Assembly (NCBI GenBank): GCA_043228905.1
Contig: JBHGNT010000018.1
Span: 1,612,001 to 1,676,000, forward strand
Direction: 5' to 3'
Length of the DNA stretch: 64,000 bases
From: Azolla caroliniana
Lineage: Eukaryota > Plantae > Polypodiophyta
Part shown: piece by piece, positions 54,182 to 64,000 of the stretch
How positions within the stretch are numbered: the first letter of the stretch is position 1
How the letters are laid out: every line of letters begins with the position of its first letter
Notes under the pieces: generated by a model
The model's database searches: none
Seen by the model: the letters and a program-made list of their open reading frames with translations, nothing else
Told to the model about the DNA's origin: nothing
Program-made: the position numbers and the translations under genes

Positions 54182-56202
54182 CAATGGTTTAGTGTTATTG
54201 TTGCACTCTTATAGATCCTTCTATCCTCATACAAGACATATGGCGGATTAGAGAAGATGGAGTGTAGAGTAGTAAAACTCTTGAATGGTTACCCAAATCA
54301 AGACAATCTATGAGCCCAAAAAGTATTCATCCTACTCAACATTGTCTTCCAAGCAAGTATCAAAGACAATAGAATTGACAACTTTGATCTAAACATTGAA
54401 GGATCGTCCATGACTAAATACCATAATGGGCATATAACAAATTTAAGGAAATTTGAAGAAAGAAATTATAACATAGAGAAAACTAATGATTGTACCACAC
54501 CATATTGTTAGATTAGGAATCATGAGCTTATTATAGACCATCTCCCCATTTGTAGGGGGTCTTCATTTTGATTGGTTGGTTTCACACGTTTGCACCTCCA
54601 TCCTCTTGAACCAAAGCCATGTAGCACCACCTTATCAAGCAATGACGCTCATTGATTAGGTTTTGGGTTGACTGAGGTTGGTTTGGTGGTCATGATGAGG
54701 GTGTTTAAGTATTAGGGATTGGGATCCTAGTTTACAATTCTTTATTAAAAATCATACATACGTGTAACGTGGATATGTTTTGATGTTAGATTCTTGGGTT
54801 CTTGTGTTTTTTTAATGCCTATTATAGCTTTATTTTTATCTCATTGTTTAATAGATCATGCCTAATTCTAGTTCTTCGTCAAATTATGAAATAATAGCTT
54901 AATGTTGAAGATTGCTTGCAACTGCACTCGTGACTAAGACTCCACCCCCCCTTGAAGACCTTACCAATGAGCTCTCTTGTGATTAGATTCTTGCAACATT
55001 ACACATGCAATGCTTGTCGATGAGTTTTTCTGCATAATGCTAGCGGATGCTATGGAGCAAGAGTGTGGTTATTAATAAAAAAAGCAAACAACATCATGCA
55101 ATGGGCGGTTGATAAATATGTTACTCATCAAGATGAGGTAAACACCACACTTATGCGAGGATTGAGAGAACTAAAGTTCAAAGACCACATTATGCAAGGA
55201 TAGAAACCATCAGAAATAGATTCCCTAAATGATCAAAATAGAGACCACTCATTGATAGGGGCGATTTCAAAGAAGACGACGACGACAAATGAGAGGTAGA
55301 GGAGAAGTATTCTTGTCAATTTTTGAAACATAACATCGTGTGTTGTAAACAGTCGGGGAAGCACCAAATGCTTGAGTCAAGACGCCTCAAGCATAGAAAT
55401 ACAACTACTAGGGCAGAACTTTTTGGACGAGTCGAAACATGACTAGTCTCGTCTCCACATACTCGTTTATCCGTATCGAGGGTTTTTATCGTTTCTAACT
55501 TCTCTAAGAAGATACAAGGCGTATGTATAGCTGTTTAATTGCAATGGTCACGAATTATACCATTATTCCGCGGTGGAGAGAGAGATGCGGAGGCTCTCGT
55601 ACCACGACGCCATACGTGCAGATGATGTGAGCGAGAGCCCATCGGTTGGTCTGCCATTCACACACGAGATGCTTTGTCCGGAGATCACTTGGCCGGCCGC
55701 CCACGCGAATCGGCCCCGCACCGACACGTTAGCTTTAGGAAATCCAATACCAGGCAATAATGGAAATGGAAGAAAAAGAAGAAGAAGAAGAAGCCATAGC
55801 TTTGTACAAGACAAACAGAATGTTTCCAAAGTAATTGCTTGTGCAGGTGATGGTGATGGTGATGATTATTATTATTATTATTATGATAATGATGATGGTG
55901 CAGGCGATCGTGAAGAAACCATAGCTTGCCTATGCAGAGATCGATTCGAGGCTTCACTTGGCGGAGCAGGCCGCCTTCTAGGTATAATCACTCGGGCGAC
56001 TGCGTTGGATGAAAGCCATGGATTTTCTGAGTTTCACGAATCGGGTTTCGAGGTCGTCTCGCAAATGGAGGGACTCTTGAGAATCTCGAAGACGATAGAC
56101 GGCTGCAGACAGAGGAGGACGAGTTTTAAAGGCCTGATGGAGAAGTAGCGGATGAGAAGGAGAAACGCAGCAGCCGAGATTGAGAATGGAGAAGAAGTAG
56201 CG

Positions 56203-56247
56203 AAGAAGAAGAAGAAGAAGAAGAAGAAGAAGAAGAAGAAGAAGAAG
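56203..56247. repeat. (AAG)n microsatellite
   Basis: Directly visible. Confidence 0.9.
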
Positions 56248-56399
56248 GGGAAGGAAGAATGCTGCAATAGCCTCGAAGAAGTACAGATCTATCCAGCAGC
56301 AGAATGAAGAATCATGCATGAGTGAAATTTGCATATTTGAGAAGAATTAGAAACCTGCACAAAACAGCTCAAAGACGAAGAGGATATATATCAATTGAA

Positions 56400-59300
56400 A
56401 TGGAAGAAGATGAAGAGGTAGAGCCATTCTTAGAGTTTATGGCCAAAGATGGAGCATGGTATGCTGGCACCGCTACCTTAATAGGCCCATCGTCAAGTGA
56501 CATGCGTGTTCATTTCTTGCACTATTCTGAGGATGAAGACGAGACATGGCATCCTCATTCTTTCAAATCCTCTTATCATGTTGATGCCATGATCCGCCCT
56601 GTCTCTGAACCTATGCAAGATTCTGACTGTGGAAAGCTCCGCAGAGGTATGATTCTCTGTGCTGCATGTAGAAGACCTGATTCTGATTGCTTTGAATACT
56701 ACGATGCTCGGCTCGAACAGGTAAACCTTTCCTAATCTTCTTAATATTGTTTTATTAGTTCTTCATTAATTTACATGCTTACGCCTGCAGTGCTGGTTTG
56801 AGCACGTTTCTAATCTTCCACTTATCGTTTCTATAACTTTTTCCCTTCTAATTTTCGACTTATTCTTTTCCTGTTTTTATATTAGTACATGCGTTTCCGG
56901 GATGGGCGATTGATTATCCTCCCACAATTGCATAAGACAAACGTGGAATCTTGCCTGAATTGAAATTTGTGTTTTCGTTATGGAAGGTATAGGAATCACA
57001 GTCTCTTGGCTATTGAGGGGAATAATTACCTCACAATAAAATGAACCATTTTACTTGGACATTCCTGGAATCTCACTCACATTCTTATTTCAAATCAAGT
57101 CGAGTCTTTGACCCAGGTTTTTGGTCACTTTTTTTTATTTGAAATTAAAATGAGACATAGATCAAAGGAGCATGCTTGAGGTATTCAGATGTGTAGGTAT
57201 TCCTATTCATAAGTCCAGCAAGAAAACTCCGCAAATTTGAGAATGGGTTCTGACAGCTGATGAACCCAGCATAATCTTTAGTGCTTAGTCCTGTAAAGTT
57301 ATCTAACTGAAAGCATTAGAGAATTTCATCATATTATATCTAGAGAAAATGGAGATAATAAAATGAATATACAAAAGGTGGAAAAAACATGCATACATAT
57401 AAATATTGTAACTGAATTTGTGTGTGTCCCAAACTGGTTTAAGAAGGTGTCTCGTGATGGAGGAATAGGAGATTGAGAAGTAGATAGAGGGATTCCTATA
57501 ATTCCTCCATGACAACTCATTATCAGGTGTTCAAAAATAAACATTAGCTTCAGGAAAGTATGCTTCCATATCCATTTTCTTGGAGGTTATGCTTCAAATC
57601 TGGAACATAAAGAACCAGATGTGGACAACACTTTCAAATATTTCTTTTTCTTCTAAGGAGTTTTAGTCATAGTTCTTCTTTTTATAGTGCTTGAACATGT
57701 TTCCAATCTTCTTTCCTTTTGTTTTCATAGCAATTGTTGATTTCCATACTTTTCTGTTTCCTTATGGAAGTTATCAGCTATCTTCATCTTATATTTGTCA
57801 TAGTGCTTAATTATTGCTTGCTTTTCTATCTTTTTCTACAATAGTTTCTAATAGTTCTTGAATAATGCATTCTTTTCCATCTGCTTTTACTATGTGACCT
57901 CACTTGAACAAGCATATTCTTTTTGTTCATATTGCTAGTACTAGTAACTAATAACTATATATTTGATGGCACAAAAAATTACTACTTGGTCTCTGAATAT
58001 GTAGCCAAGGCATAATGCTTTACTTAGCAGAAAATCTTTCTTGATCTTGATGCATTTGTGTATCCCCCTCCCTTTCAGAGGTACCAGTGACAAATAAACA
58101 CATAGTGTATGGTATATAGGTTACTACTTGCTTTCTTTAAATGTAACTGACACAATATTTATTTGTTTAGTTGAATAGGTATAAACATCGTGGCCAAGAT
58201 TGCTGCAGATGCCAATTTGAAGTTGAATGGCTTGGCGGACCTTTGAAATGTCAACGACAATTTGTTACATGTGGAGACATATGTTTGTTAAAACCTGGAG
58301 ATATTGAGGATGATCCTGTAGTTAGGCAATTTATCAAGAATGTCAAAGATTCTGTACGAAACTCAAGCAAAAGATTGCGTGTAACAAAATCTATTTCTGC
58401 CAAAGATGGCAACTTGAGTCTAGGCTACAATTGTGAGGAGAGTTTGCCTGACTTGATTGATTCTGCTAAACAATCAAGTATCTCTGAACCTAACCAAAAT
58501 GTGACTTGTAAAGCATGTGTTGGTGTAGAAGAAAGATGTCTAAAGGTTGCCTCAAGCGTACATGAAAGTCTGACCCTTCAAGATTGGGCTGAGCAGAAGA
58601 AAAGTGTTAATGGAAACATCCAGAAAAGAAAAACTGAGGATCCTAGTAATGATTTAAGTATGGCTGAGGAAACAATCGATAAACCTGTTGAAATGAACAG
58701 ATCTCAGTTTGATTCAAAAATGAAACATAGCGAAATCATAAATCTTGATTCAGATGATGAGAATGATGAGGAAAATAAGAAGCTTCCAGCATGCAAAATG
58801 ATGGAACCCCAAGAAGGAAAAACTAAGGAAGTTTCTCTAGAAAAGGTGATTCTGGAAACAAATTCTCATTATCAGGGTTTGAATTATATGGAGTCGGATA
58901 CAGCGGAGAAAACAAAATCATACCCACTTGAATCCAACATTATGGAACATGAAGTTTCTGTCAAGGAAGGTAAGAGTGACTTTGTTACACAAGCTTCAAA
59001 TGCACTGAAGACTGAAAACTTTGATGGGAATCCTCCTTTAGAGGATCAATCTGTTCCACTTGAAAGGTCTCCCGGGTCAGTGGATAATACTGTGTATCAT
59101 ATTACTGATGATATTTTGCCAGATAGATTATCACAAGTGAATACATCTATGCAGCGTCTTCCATCTATGTTGTGCACTTCCCTTCCAAGTAATTCTCATG
59201 AGTGTGGCACGATGGATTCCATTTTGATCGCACCCTTGCATTTGCAAGCAAATATGTGTGGTCACGGATCATCATTCTCTTGCAATGATCATTGCCTTGA

Positions 59301-59798
59301 TGGTTGTCAGTTCTCAAATAAAGGTAGTAGGAAAATCAAGAATTATTCTTATCCAGAATCAAGTCAAAGTGATAGCAAAATCTCAGCCACAGAAGAAAAT
59401 AGCAAAATGTCAGCCACAGAAGAAAATGGTGATGATTGTGTAAGGAAGCTCAATGCAGGTGTTCTAAAGCAACATCAAGCTATTTATCAGCGTAGTGATG
59501 GTGATGAAGATGATATTTCAAAGAGAGATATTTTACAGTCATCTAAAGAGAACTTCAAGGCATTGGATAAATCACAGATATTACTTGTTGAAAATCTCGA
59601 GATGGATCTAACACCTTCTATGGCATTGAAAATTCTTTTGGAAGTCTCCTCTGGGGCATTGATGGTGTATATTTGGCCTCATTTGGAATATGAGATAACT
59701 AAAAAAGCGTATATACTGTATGAAGATTCTCAAGCTGCAAATATTGCGTACTCAACCTTTCATAGTGATAAATTCATGGTTATTTCATCTAAAAAAAG
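56400..59798 (+). CDS. SAWADEE-domain protein with C-terminal ASI1/IBM2-like RRM; 3' exon(s) not found in the window
   Basis: Exons 56400-56720 and 58171-59798. SAWADEE motifs LEFMAKDGAWY, MRVHF, RPVSEPMQDSDC, YYDARL and KHRGQDCCRCQFEVEWLGGP; then a long low-complexity linker; then the RRM-like ILLVENLEMDLTPS...AYILYED...VISSKKR. Confidence 0.85.
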
Positions 59799-60382
59799 GT
59801 ATGCGCAACCATCTCTTTTCAACAACAAATAAAACAAGTAAGGAAACTTATCTAGAATAAAACATATAGGTCACACATTCGATGGAATTGTTTCATGAGG
59901 ATTAGACTTTGGTGACTCCTTTCGATTGTATAGAAAAGCTATGAGGAGAAACATATACTTATTAATTAGTGATGTTCTTTTATCATGGGTGGTACCTCTG
60001 GTTACATGGTCAAGTTCATGTTAGAAGTTGATGTGGAATGCAAAAATTTCTTGATTCAAATGCATGGTTTTCTGTGTCCTCGAGTCTTTAACATTGTTCT
60101 CCTTTTACATTTAAATGAAATTTACAGTTATTTAAATATTGATTGTTTTATTGGCCTGATGTGGAGATAGTTTGAAAGCTGGTTAACTATGTGGAAATAG
60201 TTTAAAAGCTGGTTGTCTTAATAGAAATACATTGGCAGATGCACATAAGATGCAAAGACATACAAAGTATGTAGCACAAAATTTCATTATGTTCCTTACA
60301 AGATCATGAAAATATTTGTGCTCAACTTTAGGAACATTGTTGCATTATCTTTAATATCATGGCTCTATTGAGATGGGAGTTT

Positions 60383-61014
60383 TGTTAGATATAATCAATG
60401 ATCAGCCCCAAGTTGTAAATCTATCCCCATATGTGCTCTTAGAGTGCACATTTTGTGATAGTGCCCCAAATGAGGAGTGGCTGGTGTGCAACTCGACCAT
60501 ATGGATCGATAAGGTGTTAATCTAGGAAACCGTAGATGCGTAGGACACAATGGATTTAGGAAAGAGCGAAATAGGTAATAGGATTGGCTAATCAGTCAAC
60601 TAGATTGTCAACTAGATTATTTTGTGGGCAAGTTACAATGTACTTAGTCTTGAAGTATGTGCCATTGACTTCAAAATAAGTACTATCTAGCACTAGCCCG
60701 TATCTAGGGAGTTGGGTCATATTAAATGACAAGTCAGTTGACAGAAAAGGAATATCTCCACTACTATCAACTGACATGCACATTTAATGTTACACTCAGA
60801 CCAAACAGAGAATATAATCCACTCTCTTACACAGTGGTGTGTTGATCATCAGTCCCCACTGGTCCAGATCCCATCTAAGCTCTAAGGTGTGAGCGCATGG
60901 GTGAACTACCATTGTGAGCTACTCTCATATGTAATAGAAGTTTTGTTTTCATATATCCATCTCCGTGGTTGTAACTCTATATACCTATCTAATCGATTCT
61001 CAATATTTCTAACA
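60383..61014. mobile_element. Solo LTR (632 bp)
   Basis: Begins TGTTAGA and ends TCTAACA (inverted termini), with a perfect 5-bp TSD AGTTT (60378-60382, 61015-61019) and no internal coding region. Confidence 0.88.
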
Positions 61015-63052
61015 AGTTTGACACACTAAAAGTAGAATCTTTCTTCTACATTTGGTAGTAAATTTCAGCATTTGGTGGCTTGTCTTATCAATCAGTCCCG
61101 AGTCTTTATTTTGTCATCCTTTCTGTTTTAACACCATTGGCTTTATTTCTGGTTCACTTAGGAGGCCACAACTTCCATGAAGTAGATTACATGTTTGGTG
61201 TTATCTAGTTCGTCACACAGATACATTGTTTTTTGTAGAACATTATATTACTAGCTGGAAATTTCAATGGAATGATCAATAGATCACTATGTCTGTCTTC
61301 AAACTAGGAACATTCAAAATAGAGGGCATGTATGTTGTCCTCTATATCAATTAAGACATAGTGAGAATATAAAGATTGCCCCATTGGAAGCCTAAAAGTT
61401 CAATACTTGTCAGAAGTAGGTTGACCATTATGCAGTTGATTGTGATATGTCCATATTGTCCAAAGACAATAAACATTCTAAGAAGAGGGAAGATTTCTGA
61501 TCTATCTCTTTTGAGACATAGCATAATGTAAAGGTTGCCCATTAAAAATCAAAAGGCTCAATTTGTATCAGATAAAGGTTGACCGTCTTGTAGTTGATTG
61601 CGAGGTATCCATCCATGTTAAGGAAGACTAATATCTGAGCCATTCAAACAAAATGCACAAGAGCCTAAAGGAAAACCAAATAAACCTTCCACACTGAGTA
61701 GGAAACTGTAACAGTAGATAATATGAGTCTTATGTTGTAATGAAGTGATTGCTTATTTACAAGTTCATAGAAGATGAAGATGAAACTCCATTTCATCGTG
61801 TTACAATCGTATAGTGACCCCTTTGTAGCCACATGCAGACATGCACACAGAAAAATGTACATATATAAATTTAAATGTAGAAAGATATATATAAATTCAA
61901 TGTAGAAAGATATATATAAATTTAAATGTAGAAAGATGCATACATGTGCTTACTCTGGGTTTTGTGTTGTGTTTGGGTATTATGTCCATGATAGAGTTTG
62001 CCTTGACATGTATCATTGATAGAGTTAATTCAACATACACAAGTTGAAACTGGAGTGGCAGAAAGAAAATAAGCTATATTGGAGAAAGAAGAAAGAAAGA
62101 AAGAAAGAAAGATATATTAACATCTTTTGAGACCAAATTTGGCCCATGAGACAATTGGTTAATGGGATGTGTACCCAATCATTGAAAATAAAAATAAATA
62201 AAAACATAAATAAAAAAAGTTTTAGTGTGGTGTAAAAGATGTTATGGGGTGTAACATGTTATATAAAGGAAATGGCTTTGTGACTAGTTTCATTTCCATT
62301 CAAGTCTCTTGAAAAGGAACAAGATGTCAAAGGGTTTCAATGCAGGTGTGGCCCGTGGTCCCGATGTAAATGGTATCCCAATCATAGCTTCTAAGCTGGG
62401 TGACTCATGTTCCCTTATCTTCTTAACTGCATCTGCACAACAAGTGACTTTGAGGCCCAGTATCCGAGGGCGTTTGGTTGTTCTTTGGTTTTTTGCTTCA
62501 TCGAGGGAGAGGCTGAGTGGTGCAAGCGTGTCTATGTTCATCATCCCCTCCCGTCCCTGAAAAATTTCAATGGCCACATGCTGGTGAAAATTAGAAAGGT
62601 TATGGTTAACATTTTGTAGCTTATTCTCACTATGTCATTTTAGCTCTACGATATACCAACCTAGTGTCATTATATTCGGAGTATCCAATAGTTGGGAGAG
62701 GGTGAGAGAGGGGAGAGATTGTAGCCAAGTGGCGACATGCAGTTGCCACTATCTAAATGAAAAACGATCATTTTCAATGCAGCTAGATCTACGGTTCTCT
62801 CAAAGCTTCTATTACAATGTTTTGATACAAGTGAACAGGAACAAATGTCTGTGGATATTGCGGATGTATATGTATACATAAATATATAAATATATAAATA
62901 TTAAGAAAAAGATATCTCTATCCATTTCCCTGTTTTACTCGTACAAAATCAGTCAGACAAACAAAATTCTGGTAGATTGTCACGAAATGCACTGCTATAT
63001 GAAATTTAGAACTAAGTAAAGAAAGAATATGCCATTCTTTGGTGAGGACATT

Positions 63053-63197
63053 TTACAGGGTTTGTTTCATGTGTCACCCGTTTCTTGTTTTATACATGAT
63101 CCAAATACTCTCTGAGTGACACTGTTACAGGGTTTGTTTCATGTGTCACCCATTTCTCGTTTTATACACCATCCAAATACTCTTTGAGTGACGTTGT
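63053..63197. repeat. Tandem duplication, ~72 bp x2
   Basis: ttacagggtttgtttcatgtgtcaccc...atccaaatactct.tgagtgac occurs twice. Confidence 0.88.
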
Positions 63198-63319
63198 TCC
63201 TAGCTTTCAAGATTAAGAGCATAATCATCGTCCTTAAAACAATCAGATTTGTAGTAAATGAAATCTCGATATTATCTGATGAGTTTCATTGGAAGCTGTA
63301 GTTGTTTTTAGGGGCCAGG

Positions 63320-63775
63320 GGTAATAAGGTGGACATTTAAGATAGATCAAAGAAATCTCCAGAAGAATAGAACAAGAAGAGGCCGGGAAAGATGTCCTTT
63401 CTATCAGTAAACTGAGTTCCGTAAGTAAGACTTTGAAGGCCTATGATCAGCTGGTTTGGGGCGACCAGCTGGTTCATCAGGGGTGAGGGGAAGATTGTTA
63501 CTTAGATGATTTATTGCCAGTAGTATGGCATTAATAAGTATTTTCTCTTAAACACTGGAATCAGGCAAGAAGCGAGCGACAGCGAATGGTCCCTAGATCG
63601 GAAGAGCCACTGTCGTTGAGAGCCGGGATCAGCATTGGGTTTTGATGTGTGCTTCCAGTGTTAAAAGCTGTGCCTTACAGGACCCTTGTGAATGCTGCTG
63701 GCTCGATGCTCAATGCGAGTAACTTACCTCATAAATTCTGGGAGGAAGGTCTTGCAACAGCATACTGTGTAACTA
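63320..63775 (+). mobile_element. Decayed Ty1/copia pol fragment
   Basis: 63678-63765 reads RTLVNAAGSMLNASNLPHKFWEEGLATAY, matching the copia integrase C-terminal consensus RTL...ARSML....LP..FW.EA..TA.Y. Upstream is broken protease-like sequence. Confidence 0.65.
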
Positions 63776-64000
63776 CCTCTGTTTACATCCTCGTCAGTTT
63801 ATCTCTTTGGGTTTAGTTCATGATTGATGATATTTCAGAATAAGAGTGGTCTGGGTAGAGAGATCATGGGTGCAATCCTTACCTGATCTTGGATATTCTA
63901 GAGGGAATTATTATATAGTCAAAATTTGTCATTATTTTCTTGATGAACTTATCATATTCTTCAATCCATATTTAGTTGTGTATAGTCTACACTTATGTTT

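Noticed and set aside
62290-62619. Three overlapping ORFs in a GC-richer patch
   Set aside because: No recognised motif; probably a TE scrap, but it cannot be assigned.
63679-63770. Next exon of the SAWADEE gene (acceptor-like ccttacag, phase compatible)
   Set aside because: The peptide matches copia integrase rather than an RRM end.

Overview
Intron-rich nuclear DNA from a land plant. The gene content suggests a seed-free vascular plant, probably a fern (inference). Gene models were assembled by eye from GT-AG junctions and reading-frame phase. They are: AHA1 Hsp90 co-chaperone (5' part, -); a 17-exon, ~856-aa type I membrane protein with ADAMTS-type thrombospondin-1 repeats, EGF-like and Cys-rich modules (-); an uncharacterised plant protein (+); tRNA-Leu(UAA); a GH5 endo-beta-mannanase (+); an R2R3-MYB (-); a disabled PLS-E PPR gene (-); RabA5 (-); and a SAWADEE + RRM protein (+, 3' end not found). 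Mobile DNA includes a hAT MITE, a solo LTR, LINE and Copia relics and short poly(A) retroposons. Two observations stand out. (1) The TSP1/EGF surface protein has an animal/protist adhesin-like architecture. (2) A second, decayed, spliced gene appears to be interleaved on the same strand through three of its introns; its fragments give DOMON-like, cytochrome b561, cytochrome b5 and FAD/NAD(P)H reductase motifs in colinear order. These domain calls are by motif recognition only and need HMM and transcript confirmation.
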